NCBI GenBank assembly: GCA_051861045.1
Contig: JBHYDI010000007.1
Coordinates: 87,722-151,721 of the forward strand
Direction of reading: 5' to 3'
Length of the DNA: 64,000 nt
Origin: Allorhizobium sp.
Lineage (GTDB): Bacteria > Pseudomonadota > Alphaproteobacteria > Rhizobiales > Rhizobiaceae
A program made the position numbers and the translations under genes. Below the pieces are notes generated by a model. It was not told the origin of the DNA and made no database searches. It was given only the letters and a program-made list of their open reading frames with translations. Positions within the stretch are counted from its first letter, which is position 1. Each line of letters starts with the position of its first letter. Below are positions 22,901-32,740 of this stretch, piece by piece.

Positions 22901-23034
22901 ATCGTGAATGCCGGATCTTCCTCACGCCCCAGGTTGAGGTAGGAAAAGGTCCCAGCCAACACGAAGACGATCATGAAGTACCAGACGAGCGAACGGTGTT
23001 CGAGCGCCCAATCGGAGAGGTTGAAGGATTTCAC
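19954..23034 (-). CDS. RND efflux permease (HAE1, TriC-like)
   Basis: 1026 aa; FNLSDWAL, LGREEDPAF, GLLVDDAMI, RMRPIMLT. Confidence 0.95.
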   Translation of the reverse strand: MKSFNLSDWALEHRSLVWYFMIVFVLAGTFSYLNLGREEDPAFTIKTMIINAQWPGASAEEVTLQVTDRIEKKLEELDALDYTKSVTKAGQTTIFVELLSSTKASEVTENWVRVRNMIADIQGNLPSGVLGPFYNDSFGDVYGNIYAFTSDGLSQRQMRDLVEDARAKLLTVPNVGKIDVIGAQDEVIYLEFSTRKIAALGIDQQQIIDTLQAQNAVTQSGVVEAGAERIALRVSGQFASEESLKAINLRINDRFFPLTDIATIKRGYVDPPSSLFRFKGEPAIGLAIGMKTGANLLTFGEQLDAQLDRVVADLPIGVNVERVSDQPAVVEEAVSGFTTALFEAIVIVLAISFISLGVRAGLVVAISIPLVLAITFVFMEYTGISLQRISLGALIIALGLLVDDAMIAVEMMVSRLEAGDTLRSAATHVYTSTAFPMLTGTLVTVAGFIPIGLNNSAAGEFTFTLFVVIAVSLIVSWVVAVLFTPLLGVTILPKTMKSHHETKGRFASIFAWLLAIAMRWRWMTILATVVTFAVSIGGMSLVQQQFFPASDRSELIVDWELPQNSTITETNRQISQFEKEKLVGNPDIDHWSSYVGEGAPRFILSYDVSTPAAWMGQVVIVTKDLEARDRVRADLQDYLSKTFPGTDAFVKLLDIGPPVGKPVQYRVAGPDIQKVRDLAREFGAIVNSHPELTNMTFDWNEPSRVVKIDVLQDKARQLGISSRDIANGINGIVEGSSATKVKDDIYLIDVIGRAQDSERGSIETLKNLQLPSSSGNSVPLSAVAKFRYELEQPLIARRDRIPTITVKAAVIGSTQPATIVEELKPQVEAFTKTLPVGYTVEIGGSVESSAESQGPIIAVAPLMLFAMATILMIQLQSFSRLFLVFAVAPLALIGVVAALLLSNAPMGFVAILGILALVGILIRNSVILVVQIEQLRSEGMPPWRAVVEATEHRMRPIMLTAAAATLALIPISREVFWGPMAYAMMGGIVVGTVLTLLFLPALYVAWFRIPAEEAAEHAETPKAEAV

Positions 23035-24116
23035 TGGGTCATCTCCTGATCGACGCGGATGGACTGGCCTTCTTCGAGACTGTTGACGCCGGCAGTGACG
23101 ACACGGTCACCGGCCTCCACCCCGGAAACCACGGCGACGCTGCCGCCGGCAGCCGGGCTTCCTCCGATGGTCACGGCGCGCGAGGCGACCGTCTTGCTCG
23201 CCGGATCGACGATCCAGACGGAGGTCTTGTTATCCTCGGTCCTGATGGCCGAGGCGGGCAGGCGAATGGCGGGTGCCGTTCCATTGCTGCTCGTTGCCGT
23301 GATCACGGAACCCAATCGCATGACATCGGGCGGATCAATGAGGGTCAGTTTCGTGCGATAGGTGCGCGTGATCGCATCGGCCTGCGGCGCGATCTCGCGG
23401 ACCACGGCCTTCGCGCGCAGTGTCGGGTCGAGTTGCAGGGCCACCTCGAAAGGCGCGCCCGCCTGCAAGCTTGCGCCCAGCGCTTCTGGAACGTCGATGA
23501 CGGCGTCACGAACCTCCGGCCGAGCAACCGTTGCGATCGCCTGGCCGGCCGAGACGACCTGGCCGATCTCTGCGGAGGTGGACGTCACCACGCCGTCGAA
23601 CTCGGCGATAAGCTGCGCATAGCCGAGTTGCTCGGTTGCCTTGCCCAGATTGGCCTTGGCCTTGGCGACCGCCGCTTCGGCGGTCTTCAGCTCCAGTTGC
23701 GCCGTCTCATAGGCTGCCTTGGCGCCGGACTGCCTCTCGAACAGCGTCTTCTGGCGCTGCTCGGTGGTGATGGCATTGGCCAGTTGCGCCTCGCTGTTGG
23801 CGAGATCGGACTGGGCGCTCTTGACGGCGAGTTCGAGCGCCAACGGATCGATGGCCGCGAGCACGTCGCCCTTTTTCACGAGATCGCCTGTCTGGACGTT
23901 GCGCGCGACGACCCGGCCGAGGATGCGGAAGCCGAACTCGGTCTCGACGCGGGCCTCCACCGTTCCCGACAGCGACAGCTGAACGGCAGGCTCCACCTGG
24001 GCGACGAGGGAGAGAACCGGGCGGGGAGCGGTGGCCTCAGGCTCCTGCTCGCCTTGGCAGGCCGTAAGAGCGCTGCCGGCCAGGAGAAGTACGGCGAATT
24101 TTGAGAGCGTGTTCAT
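23031..24116 (-). CDS. RND periplasmic adaptor subunit 2 (lipoprotein)
   Basis: Lipobox LTAC; MFP motifs GRVVARNVQTGDLVKKG, AEFDGVV; 4-bp overlap with the permease. Confidence 0.93.
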   Translation of the reverse strand: MNTLSKFAVLLLAGSALTACQGEQEPEATAPRPVLSLVAQVEPAVQLSLSGTVEARVETEFGFRILGRVVARNVQTGDLVKKGDVLAAIDPLALELAVKSAQSDLANSEAQLANAITTEQRQKTLFERQSGAKAAYETAQLELKTAEAAVAKAKANLGKATEQLGYAQLIAEFDGVVTSTSAEIGQVVSAGQAIATVARPEVRDAVIDVPEALGASLQAGAPFEVALQLDPTLRAKAVVREIAPQADAITRTYRTKLTLIDPPDVMRLGSVITATSSNGTAPAIRLPASAIRTEDNKTSVWIVDPASKTVASRAVTIGGSPAAGGSVAVVSGVEAGDRVVTAGVNSLEEGQSIRVDQEMTQ

Positions 24117-25192
24117 TGGCCTGCTCCCTCAAACGCCACGACTTCGCCGTTGCTGATGAACTTGTTGCCGCTCGTCACGACGATGTCTCCCGGTGTGATA
24201 CCCGAGCTGACGGAGAAATATCCGTTGCCATAGGTGATGATGTCGACCGGACGCAGCGAGGCCTTCGACGTCTTGGGATCAACGACCCAGACGGCTGTGC
24301 GGCCCGCATCCGAGGCGATGGCAGACCAGGGAAGTCGGATTGCTGTCACCGGCTTGTAGCGCGCCACCGCAATGACGGGACTTCCAAGGCTGACCTTTGC
24401 ACCTTCTTCGACGCTGAACTTGACCCGAATGGTGCCGGTGCTGCGGTCGATGGTGGGTGAAATCTCGCGCAATGTCCCCTTCAACGGGTCGCCGCCGCTG
24501 AGCGGCACGATGTCGACCTCGCTTTCGAACTCTCGACCGAAGCCGAGCAGCAAGGATTCGTCGACATTGAAGACGGCGTCCCGCGGTCCATCCTGGGCGA
24601 GCGTGAAGATCAATTGCGCGGCCTGTGCGACCTGGCCCACTTCGGCATTGCGCGTGGTGATCACCCCGTCCGCATCGGCCTTCAATTCGGTCTGGGCAAG
24701 GGTGTCGCGGGCCGTGTCGACTTGTGCCTGTGCCGAATCGACGGTCGCCTTTGCACGCAGCAGTGCCTCTCGCGCTTCATCCAGCGCCGCCTGCGTTGAA
24801 ACACCCGTGGTCAAGAGACTTTCCTGGCGCTCCAGCGCTTGCTGCGCCTGGGTGCGTTGGGCCTCGGCAGATTGCAGCGAGGCGAGTGCGACCTGCAGAT
24901 CGGCCTCCTGCTCCTCGGCATCCATACGCGCCAAGACCTGGCCCGCCTCGACCTTGTCGCCGACATCAGCCAGGCGTTCGGTGATCCGTCCGCTGATGCG
25001 GAAAGATAATTCCGACTGGACGCGGGCGTTGATTTCGCCGGTACTGGTAATGCTCTCCGACCAAGGCTCCGCCTTCACCGTGACGGTTTCCACCAGTCTG
25101 GCGGGCTTCTCAGCGGCTTCTTCGGTGGGAGCGCAGGCAATAAGGGAGGCGCAGGAGCACGCCACCATCAGGATTGAACGGAACCGTCGCAT
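24113..25192 (-). CDS. RND periplasmic adaptor subunit 1 (lipoprotein)
   Basis: Lipobox LIAC; FRISGRI..VGDKVEAGQVLA, ADADGVIT; 4-bp overlap with adaptor 2. Confidence 0.93.
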   Translation of the reverse strand: MRRFRSILMVACSCASLIACAPTEEAAEKPARLVETVTVKAEPWSESITSTGEINARVQSELSFRISGRITERLADVGDKVEAGQVLARMDAEEQEADLQVALASLQSAEAQRTQAQQALERQESLLTTGVSTQAALDEAREALLRAKATVDSAQAQVDTARDTLAQTELKADADGVITTRNAEVGQVAQAAQLIFTLAQDGPRDAVFNVDESLLLGFGREFESEVDIVPLSGGDPLKGTLREISPTIDRSTGTIRVKFSVEEGAKVSLGSPVIAVARYKPVTAIRLPWSAIASDAGRTAVWVVDPKTSKASLRPVDIITYGNGYFSVSSGITPGDIVVTSGNKFISNGEVVAFEGAGQ

Positions 25193-25233
25193 GGATGCCC
25201 CTTGAAGTTTCATGGTTCAGAGCTATATTTGAA

Positions 25234-25247
25234 TGACTGGTTAGTCA
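25234..25247. promoter_or_regulatory. candidate TetR operator TGACT-N4-AGTCA
   Basis: Palindrome in the short spacer between the pump operon and the divergent TetR gene. Confidence 0.5.
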
Positions 25248-25285
25248 ATGAATTTTTTGCGCAGGTTGCGGAGCAAGGTATATTG

Positions 25286-25912
25286 ATGCTGAACGAAAAG
25301 AAGTTAACGAGGGCCGCGCAAAAGGCGCTTCGACCCAAACAAATCCTCGATGCCGCCTTTGAAGAGTTTGTCGCCAATGGCTTCACCGCAACCCGCGTCG
25401 AAGATATCGCCGACCGGATAGGCGTGACCAAGGGCACAATCTACGTCTATTTCCCGACGAAGGAGGATCTCTTCTCGGCGATGATTGCGCATATTGCGGT
25501 GCCGCTCGAAGAGCTGCTCCGCAATATGGAGACGCTCAAGGGCGGTTATGCCGAGCGTCTGCGGTCTTTTTTGCTGCTCGCCTATGATCGCATCACCCAG
25601 GACCGCCGGGCGCGAGAATTGCTCCGCTTCGTGATTTCCGAAGGCGCGCGGTTTCCGCAGGTCATCGACATGCACCACGCAGAGCTGATCGATCCCCTCA
25701 TCACGTGTACGCAAAGGCTTCTGGAAGAAGGGATCGCTGCCGGCGAATTCCGTGACTGCGAAGGCGCCAACGCCGAAATCATCGTCGCGCCGATCCTGGC
25801 GCTGATGATGGATCACCTGATCTTCGACGGCCGACGTGCGGTCGACATTGCCGCTTATGTGAGATCCCATCTGGATCTGGTGTTCAACGGCCTCTCACCG
25901 CGAGGGGCGTGA
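25286..25912 (+). CDS. TetR/AcrR-family regulator
   Basis: ILDAAFEEF..GF..TRVEDIA..GVTKGTIYVYF. Confidence 0.93.
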   Translation: MLNEKKLTRAAQKALRPKQILDAAFEEFVANGFTATRVEDIADRIGVTKGTIYVYFPTKEDLFSAMIAHIAVPLEELLRNMETLKGGYAERLRSFLLLAYDRITQDRRARELLRFVISEGARFPQVIDMHHAELIDPLITCTQRLLEEGIAAGEFRDCEGANAEIIVAPILALMMDHLIFDGRRAVDIAAYVRSHLDLVFNGLSPRGA

Positions 25913-26019
25913 GGGCGAGAACGGGTCGTCCTTATGGATCGAATGGGCGTAAGCCAACCGCTCGCGAACGACTGCGATTTGCGGGTGATGAAGTATGTCG
26001 GCGGGGATGCGGGTAAGAA

Positions 26020-26094
26020 TGGTGCTGCTAGAGAGATTTGAACTCTCGGCCTCTCCCTTACCAAGGGAGTGCTCTACCCCTGAGCTATAGCAGC
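26020..26094 (-). tRNA. tRNA-Thr(GGT)
   Basis: Reverse complement GCTGCTATAGCTCAGGGGTAGAGCACTCCCTTGGTAAGGGAGAGGCCGAGAGTTCAAATCTCTCTAGCAGCACCA; cloverleaf with encoded CCA. Confidence 0.96.
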
Positions 26095-26248
26095 ATCTGG
26101 CGGGCGACGCATGTGGTCGGCCCGGAACGAGGCGCCTATTGCCATAGAGTTTCGGGCAGCGCAAGCCGTAAAGCGTTTGTGTGGCCAAGTTTTGTGACGG
26201 GGGCGGAAGGGACTTTTCGATTTTTGTCCGATCGGATATCACGCGCTC

Positions 26249-26563
26249 ATGACAAATGACCCGGAAAACAAGGACGAAGCGGACGAAGGCCGGCTCGAAG
26301 GCGCGCCGCTCGCCGATCGTGGAAAACGTGTGCTCTCCGATGCCGAGCAGCGGCGACGTGAACGCGCGGCGGCCAAGCTCAGGGAAAATCTGGCCCGTCG
26401 CAAGCAGCAGTTTCGGGCGCGGCGAGCCGGTGAGGCCGAAGACGGCGTGGGGCTGCCGGCCGCGCAGGCGACTTCGGTGGAGCCCGCGGCGGCGGGCGAG
26501 GGCAGTGATGGGGATGTGAACAATGCCGATCCTGCCGCAAATTCGTCCAAACCCGGTGATTAA
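26249..26563 (+). CDS. small hypothetical protein with basic helical core
   Basis: 104 aa; core RERAAAKLRENLARRKQQ; host-like codon usage; upstream of murA. Confidence 0.55.
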   Translation: MTNDPENKDEADEGRLEGAPLADRGKRVLSDAEQRRRERAAAKLRENLARRKQQFRARRAGEAEDGVGLPAAQATSVEPAAAGEGSDGDVNNADPAANSSKPGD

Positions 26564-26689
26564 CCGAGCGTTGCAGCGTCAATTGAACCCTCTGTACTTT
26601 TCGTCTAAAGAGCCAGCCTCGCCGGATTGGCTTCCCCTCACACCTTCTCAAGGAAAGGCGGGCATTTCTCGCCCGTATCGCAGGCTCTC

Positions 26690-27982
26690 ATGGATCGCAT
26701 CAGGATTGTTGGTGGCAATGCGTTGAACGGGATCATCCCGATCTCGGGCGCCAAGAACGCAGCGCTTCCCCTGATGATCGCCTCGCTTTTGACGTCCGAT
26801 ACGCTGACGCTCGAAAACGTGCCGCATCTCGCAGACGTGGAAGGCCTGATCCGCATTCTCGGCAATCATGGCGTTGATATCGCCGTCAACGGCCGCCGCG
26901 AACATCAGGACGGGTCCTATTCGCGCACCGTGCATTTCACCTGCCGCACCGTGGCTGATACCACCGCACCTTACGAGCTGGTCTCGAAAATGCGCGCCAG
27001 CTTCTGGGTCATCGGCCCGTTGCTTGCACGCGAAGGCCAGGCGCGCGTCTCGCTGCCGGGCGGTTGCGCCATCGGCACCCGTCCGGTCGATCTCTTCATC
27101 GAGGGCCTGACGGCGCTCGGCGCAGAGATGGAAATCGACGGCGGCTACATCAACGCCAAGGCGCCGAAGGGCGGCCTGATCGGCGCTCGCTACACCTTCC
27201 CGAAGGTGTCGGTCGGCGCGACCCATGTCATGCTGATGGCAGCTTCGCTTGCCCGCGGCACGACCGTGATCGGCAACGCCGCTCGCGAGCCTGAGGTCGT
27301 CGATCTCGCCAACTGCCTGAACGCCATGGGGGCGAAGATTTCGGGCGCCGGCACATCCACGATCACCATTGAAGGTGTGACGAGCCTTTCCGGCGCCCGC
27401 CACCGCGTGTTGCCCGACCGCATCGAGACCGGTACCTATGCCATGGCCGTTGCCATGACCGGCGGCGACGTGACGCTCTCGGGCACCGACATCACGCTGC
27501 TCGACACCGCGATTGAGGCAATCCGCCGCGCCGGTGCCGAAGTATCGGCCGTCGACGGTGGTATCCGCATCATCGGCCATGGAGATCAGATCCGTCCGGT
27601 CGATATCGTCACCGAGCCTTTCCCCGGCTTCCCGACCGACCTGCAGGCACAGTTCATGGGGCTTATGACCCGAGCGAATGGCGTCTCGCATGTCACCGAG
27701 ACGATCTTTGAAAACCGTTTCATGCATGTGCAGGAACTGGCCCGCCTCGGCGCCAAGATCACGCTGTCGGGCCAGACCGCCCGCATCGAAGGCGTGACCC
27801 GCCTGCGTGGCGCTCCGGTCATGGCAACCGATCTGCGTGCATCGGTGTCGCTGGTTATCGCCGGCCTTGCCGCCGAAGGCGAGACCATGGTCAGCCGCGT
27901 CTATCACCTTGATCGCGGTTTCGAGCGCCTGGAAGAAAAACTCACCCGCTGCGGCGCCATCGTCGAGCGCATCAGCGACTGA
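26690..27982 (+). CDS. murA: UDP-N-acetylglucosamine 1-carboxyvinyltransferase
   Basis: [22 protein letters not shown] (catalytic Cys), [20 protein letters not shown]; ATG at 26690. Confidence 0.98.
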   Translation: MDRIRIVGGNALNGIIPISGAKNAALPLMIASLLTSDTLTLENVPHLADVEGLIRILGNHGVDIAVNGRREHQDGSYSRTVHFTCRTVADTTAPYELVSKMRASFWVIGPLLAREGQARVSLPGGCAIGTRPVDLFIEGLTALGAEMEIDGGYINAKAPKGGLIGARYTFPKVSVGATHVMLMAASLARGTTVIGNAAREPEVVDLANCLNAMGAKISGAGTSTITIEGVTSLSGARHRVLPDRIETGTYAMAVAMTGGDVTLSGTDITLLDTAIEAIRRAGAEVSAVDGGIRIIGHGDQIRPVDIVTEPFPGFPTDLQAQFMGLMTRANGVSHVTETIFENRFMHVQELARLGAKITLSGQTARIEGVTRLRGAPVMATDLRASVSLVIAGLAAEGETMVSRVYHLDRGFERLEEKLTRCGAIVERISD

Positions 27983-28120
27983 GCCTCGGCTGGGTCGCAC
28001 TCTTTCGCAGCGATGCGGGGCGAAAAGTCTTTTTGCCCCGTTGCCACTGGACAAGCCGCAACCTATGTCGAAAACATGAAATTCGACGGGCACCGCCGAA
28101 AGGCGATACTGTGAGGTGAC

Positions 28121-28558
28121 ATGACGGACTTGAAACTGCTGGCGCTCGATGCCGATGATCTCGCGATCATCTCGGCCCATATGCAGGATGCCGTGTTCAA
28201 GGTCGGCGATCTCAGCTTCTCGGCGCGCTCGGGTCTTTTTTCGCTCGCGGCCAATCGCTTCGTCTGGGAAAAGGCAGCGCGTGCGTCGAAGAGCTTCGAG
28301 CGCCGTCGTGCGGCTCTGAGCTTCAAGCGCGTCGAGGCTGTTCGCTCGATCGGCTTTGATCGCAGCAAGGCCGACGAGGTGATGAGCCTTCTCGCGATCC
28401 GTTACCTGCCGAAGGGCGACGGGCCTGATGGTGTGGTCGAACTGCTGCTCGCCGGTGGCGGCACGATCGCGCTCGAAGTGGAATGCATCGAGGCCCAGTT
28501 GGCAGATACCGGCGGCGCCTGGGAAACGACGACACGGCCGGAACACGAGGCTGGCTGA
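28121..28558 (+). CDS. DUF2948 family protein
   Basis: LKLLALDADDLAIISAHMQDA..NRFVWE; usual position between murA and hisD. Confidence 0.85.
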   Translation: MTDLKLLALDADDLAIISAHMQDAVFKVGDLSFSARSGLFSLAANRFVWEKAARASKSFERRRAALSFKRVEAVRSIGFDRSKADEVMSLLAIRYLPKGDGPDGVVELLLAGGGTIALEVECIEAQLADTGGAWETTTRPEHEAG

Positions 28559-28652
28559 TAAGGTTGACTGACGGGCCTGGCTGATGAGGCCGAGCGGCGC
28601 GCAATCGTCGCGGCTTGATTGAATTGAGACTGCTTGAGAGGGAATACGGGGC

Positions 28653-29951
28653 GTGGCAATCTGGCTGGATCAGGCATCGGGAGATTTCGAGGCGCGCTTT
28701 GCGGCCTTTCTGACGACCAAGCGTGAAGTCTCCGACGACGTCAACGATGTCGTGCGCAAGATCATCGACGATGTGCGCGCGCGCGGCGATGCGGCCCTTG
28801 CTGATTATTCCAAACGTTTCGATGGCGTGGACTTCTCGACCGTATCCATGCGGGTGACGGATGAAGAGATTGCAGCAGCACTTGCCTCTACGGCGCCTGA
28901 ACTGATTGACGCCCTGAAGCTCGCCGCCGAACGCATCGAGCGCCATCACGCCCGCCAGATGCCGAAGGATGACATCTACGAAGACGCGATCGGCGTTGGC
29001 CTCGGTTCGCGCTGGACGGCGATCGATGCCGTCGGCCTCTACGTGCCGGGCGGGACGGCAAGCTATCCGAGCTCGGTGCTGATGAATGCGCTGCCGGCCA
29101 AGGTGGCAGGCGTTCCGCGCGTCGTCATGGTCGTGCCGGCCACCGGCGGCGCCATCAACCCGACGGTTCTGGCTGCCGCCAGCATTGCCGGTGTCACAGA
29201 GATCTATCGTATCGGCGGCGCCCAGGCGGTTGCCGCCCTTGCCTATGGCACAGAGACGATCGCGCCGGTTGCCAAGATCGTCGGCCCGGGCAATGCCTAT
29301 GTCGCGGCGGCCAAGCGCCACGTCTTCGGCACTGTCGGTATCGACATGATCGCAGGTCCCTCAGAAGTTCTCATCATTGCCGACAAGGACAATGATCCGG
29401 ATTGGCTGGCAGCCGATCTTCTCGCCCAGGCGGAACACGATCCCGGCGCCCAGTCCATTGTCATCACCGACAATCGCGCACTTGGCGAGGCGGTGGAAGC
29501 GGCCGTTGAACGGCAGCTGAAATCCCTGCCGCGCGCCGAGACGGCCTCGGCCAGCTGGCGCGATTTCGGCGCGATCATCATGGTCGAGACGCTTGAGGAT
29601 TCGATACCTCTGGCCAATCGGATCGCCGCCGAGCATCTGGAACTCGCCGTCGATGATCCGGAGCCGCTGATCGAAGGCATCCGCAATGCCGGCGCAATCT
29701 TCGTCGGTCGCCATACGCCGGAAGTGATCGGCGATTATGTCGGCGGTTCGAACCATGTCCTGCCGACGGCGCGCTCGGCGCGCTTCTCCTCGGGGCTGGG
29801 GGTGCTGGACTATGTCAAGCGCACCTCGATCCTGCGGCTCGGGCCGGAGCAATTGCGCAAGCTTGCACCGGCGGCAATTGCGCTCGCGAGATCGGAAGGG
29901 CTCGAAGCCCATGCCCGCTCCGTCGCCATTCGCCTCAATCTCGGGGACTAG
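28653..29951 (+). CDS. hisD: histidinol dehydrogenase
   Basis: GLYVPGG, GPGNAYV, IDMIAGPSE, DLLAQAEHD, EHLEL, GGSNHVLPT; GTG start. Confidence 0.98.
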   Translation: MAIWLDQASGDFEARFAAFLTTKREVSDDVNDVVRKIIDDVRARGDAALADYSKRFDGVDFSTVSMRVTDEEIAAALASTAPELIDALKLAAERIERHHARQMPKDDIYEDAIGVGLGSRWTAIDAVGLYVPGGTASYPSSVLMNALPAKVAGVPRVVMVVPATGGAINPTVLAAASIAGVTEIYRIGGAQAVAALAYGTETIAPVAKIVGPGNAYVAAAKRHVFGTVGIDMIAGPSEVLIIADKDNDPDWLAADLLAQAEHDPGAQSIVITDNRALGEAVEAAVERQLKSLPRAETASASWRDFGAIIMVETLEDSIPLANRIAAEHLELAVDDPEPLIEGIRNAGAIFVGRHTPEVIGDYVGGSNHVLPTARSARFSSGLGVLDYVKRTSILRLGPEQLRKLAPAAIALARSEGLEAHARSVAIRLNLGD

Positions 29952-29954
29952 CAC

Positions 29955-30428
29955 ATGGCGGCGGGCGACTTCCGGCTCTCAGATGTCGTGCTGGACGAGA
30001 CCATCGGGCGCTCGACCCCCGATGTCGAGCATGAGCGGGCGGTCGCCATCTTCGACCTGATCGAAGAAAACACGTTCGAACCCGCCGGCCATCCCGGCGG
30101 GCCGTACCACCTCTTTCTGTCACTGATGGACCGCAAGCTCGTCTTCTCGATCAAGACGGAAGCCGGCGAGGATGTCGCCGTGCACATCCTGTCGCTGACG
30201 CCCCTGCAGCGGATCATCAAGGACTACTTCATGATCTGCGAAAGCTATTACGAGGCGATCCGCTCTTCGACCCCGTCGCAGATCGAAGCGATCGACATGG
30301 GCCGCCGCGGCATCCACAACGATGGCTCCCAGACGCTGATGGACAGGCTTTCTGGCAAGATCAAGATCGACTTCGATACGGCACGCCGCCTCTTCACCCT
30401 GGTCTGCGTTCTCTATTGGCGGGGTTAG
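29955..30428 (+). CDS. UPF0262 family protein
   Basis: [37 protein letters not shown]. Confidence 0.9.
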   Translation: MAAGDFRLSDVVLDETIGRSTPDVEHERAVAIFDLIEENTFEPAGHPGGPYHLFLSLMDRKLVFSIKTEAGEDVAVHILSLTPLQRIIKDYFMICESYYEAIRSSTPSQIEAIDMGRRGIHNDGSQTLMDRLSGKIKIDFDTARRLFTLVCVLYWRG

Positions 30429-30433
30429 GATCA

Positions 30434-30895
30434 ATGAGCGAGGGCGCAGACGACAGCCGCCGTCCATCGCGGCCCGGCGCGATCCTCTTCATGTGCGGCC
30501 AGAACGTCATCCGCAGCCCCATGGCCGAGGCGATTGCAAGACAGGCCCTGTCGTCCGGCACCTGGGTTGCCTCTGCCGGCGTCAAGAAGGGTGAACGCGA
30601 TCCCTTCGTCGATGTCGTGCTCGACGAGATCGGCCTGTCGCTCGGCCGCCGCCAGCCCCAGACGCTGGAGGACATGGAAGACGACTACTTCGACCTCGTG
30701 ATCACTCTCACGCCCGAAGCCCATCACGCAGCGCTCGAATTGACACGGTCGTCCGCGGTCGAGGTGGAATACTGGCCAATGCCGGATCCGACGGTCGAGA
30801 CCGGCAGCCGCGAGCAGCGGCTTTCCGCCTATCGCGACGTGCGGGACCGCCTGACGAAGCTGATCCGTGACAGGCTGGTTCTCGCCCCGGATTAG
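30434..30895 (+). CDS. low-molecular-weight phosphatase / ArsC-fold protein
   Basis: CX5RS motif CGQNVIRS, SAG, W.MPDP. Confidence 0.85.
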   Translation: MSEGADDSRRPSRPGAILFMCGQNVIRSPMAEAIARQALSSGTWVASAGVKKGERDPFVDVVLDEIGLSLGRRQPQTLEDMEDDYFDLVITLTPEAHHAALELTRSSAVEVEYWPMPDPTVETGSREQRLSAYRDVRDRLTKLIRDRLVLAPD

Positions 30896-31038
30896 CGGCT
30901 GTTTTGCCCCTCTTGAAACAAATTCCAAAAGCCGAATCTACAAGGTTCACAAATGCCGGGCGATTGTGTAGTTTCCGCCCACATTTTCGGGGCCCTTCGC
31001 GCGCCCCGCTTTAAAACCCCAGGAAAGACAACCGCTCT

Positions 31039-31257
31039 ATGGCAAAAGAAGAAGTCCTCGAATTCCCCGGCGTCGTTACCGAATTGCTGCCGAACGCCAC
31101 CTTCCGTGTAAAGCTCGAAAACGAACACGAAATCATTGCCCACACCGCCGGCCGCATGCGCAAGAACCGTATCCGCGTCCTCGCCGGCGATAAGGTCCTG
31201 GTCGAGATGACCCCTTACGACCTGACCAAGGGCCGTATCACCTACCGCTTCAAGTAA
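31039..31257 (+). CDS. infA: translation initiation factor IF-1
   Basis: [36 protein letters not shown]; 72 aa. Confidence 0.99.
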   Translation: MAKEEVLEFPGVVTELLPNATFRVKLENEHEIIAHTAGRMRKNRIRVLAGDKVLVEMTPYDLTKGRITYRFK

Positions 31258-31296
31258 GCCTTAGGCCAAAAGCTGAGGCTTGAGGAGCGCGTTCGG

Positions 31297-31917
31297 ATGG
31301 AATTGAGACAGAAGCTGATTTTGGCCTCCGGGTCGCCGCGCCGCGTGGATCTCCTCAAGCAGGCGGGCATCGAGCCCGCACGCCTGATGCCGATGGATCT
31401 CGACGAGACGCCGAAGAAATCAGAACATCCGCGCACGCTCGCCCGCCGACTGTCCGCAGACAAGGCAGGCGCGGCCTACCAGCAGGTTCGCAAGGATCTG
31501 ACCTGGGGCGGAAGCTACATCATCGCAGCCGACACGGTGGTCGCGGTCGGACGCCGCATTCTGCCCAAGGCAGAATTGATGCAGGAGGCTTCCTCGGCGC
31601 TGCATCTGCTCTCGGGCCGCAGCCACTGGGTGTTCACCGGCGTCTGCCTGATCGCCCCTGATGGCAAGCTGCGCCAGAAGATCGTCGAGACCAAGGTCCG
31701 CTTCAAGCGCCTCTCCGGCTACGACATTGAATGCTATCTCGCCTCTGGCGAATGGCGCGGCAAGGCCGGTGCCTATGCCATCCAGGGCATCGCCGGCAGC
31801 TTCGTCCAGAAGATCGTCGGCTCCTACACCAATGTCGTCGGCCTGCCGCTCTTCGAGACGCTGCAGATGCTCTCGGGCGAGGGCTATGACGTGCATACGG
31901 GCTGGACGGAGGGCTGA
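31297..31917 (+). CDS. maf: Maf-family nucleoside triphosphate pyrophosphatase
   Basis: [33 protein letters not shown]. Confidence 0.95.
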   Translation: MELRQKLILASGSPRRVDLLKQAGIEPARLMPMDLDETPKKSEHPRTLARRLSADKAGAAYQQVRKDLTWGGSYIIAADTVVAVGRRILPKAELMQEASSALHLLSGRSHWVFTGVCLIAPDGKLRQKIVETKVRFKRLSGYDIECYLASGEWRGKAGAYAIQGIAGSFVQKIVGSYTNVVGLPLFETLQMLSGEGYDVHTGWTEG

Positions 31918-31919
31918 CC

Positions 31920-32132
31920 ATGGCGGAAGGAGACGAACAGCGGACCGCCAAGGTCGAGCCGCTGCGCAAGGCACTGCCTTGCCCCGAATGCCGTCGCCCC
32001 TCGACGCGCGAGAACTATCCCTTCTGCTCGGACCGCTGCCGCAATCTCGACCTGTCGCGCTGGCTGAAGGGCTCCTATGCCATTCCCGTGGCCGACGACG
32101 AAGCCAAGGCCGACGACGACTACCGCGACTGA
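31920..32132 (+). CDS. yacG: DNA gyrase inhibitor YacG
   Basis: CPEC..YPFCSDRC..DL.RWL zinc finger. Confidence 0.92.
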   Translation: MAEGDEQRTAKVEPLRKALPCPECRRPSTRENYPFCSDRCRNLDLSRWLKGSYAIPVADDEAKADDDYRD

Positions 32133-32238
32133 CGCCTGTAGCGCCCGAGAAGCTAGTCGCCCATCCTCTGCGATCCCCTTGTTCCCGCTCACCTTTCTGC
32201 GATTTTCACATCTTCTTCAAAAAAGTGGCCGAAGGCGC

Positions 32239-32266
32239 TGGACATGGCCGAACAAGATGTTATAAC
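32239..32266 (+). promoter_or_regulatory. candidate sigma70 promoter of tRNA-Phe
   Basis: TGGACA-N16-TATAAC followed by a GC-rich discriminator. Confidence 0.5.
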
Positions 32267-32338
32267 CCCGCTCGCTCCCGGGGAAATGCCCCGGCGGTCT
32301 TGAAATAAAGACCGGCAGGCTTTCAAAAAAGCCGAGAT

Positions 32339-32414
32339 GCCCGGATAGCTCAGTTGGTAGAGCAGCGGATTGAAAATCCGCGTGTCGGTGGTTCAAATCC
32401 GCCTCCGGGCACCA
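32339..32414 (+). tRNA. tRNA-Phe(GAA)
   Basis: GCCCGGATAGCTCAGTTGGTAGAGCAGCGGATTGAAAATCCGCGTGTCGGTGGTTCAAATCCGCCTCCGGGCACCA; 76 nt. Confidence 0.97.
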
Positions 32415-32599
32415 TTTTTCTTCAGAAAAATCAATATGTTTTGGTGTTGTCAGCAATAGCTATGCCGACGTTTGACGTGCTTGGGTGTCATTGACCTTGT
32501 CCCACAAGTTTTATCCAATTTTGACGGCGCTCCGTCGATATGAAGTGCACACCATATGACTTTACGAAATCCTCAATTTATGGGCCCGAAACGGTCGCA

Positions 32600-32740
32600 A
32601 ACATTGAGCACTTCTACGGCGAGATCAACCGACGTTCAGACGTCGCCGGGATCTTTTCCAATGCTGGCGCCATCTTCAGGCGGGTCGCCGCGTTGCTCAG
32701 CGACCGGAATGACAAGTGGGCGGCCAGACGCAGCCGGGGA
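32600..32740 (+). pseudogene. decayed IS256-family transposase C-terminal fragment
   Basis: IEHFYGEINRRSDVAGIFSNAGAIFRRVAALLSDRNDKW resembles the IS256 consensus LERLN.EIKRRT.VVGIFPN..AI.RLVGA.L.EQNDEW; no upstream part or IRs seen. Confidence 0.65.

Noticed and set aside
17617-26094. Integrative element at the tRNA-Thr 3' end
   Set aside because: No integrase, no duplicated tRNA end and host-like codon usage.
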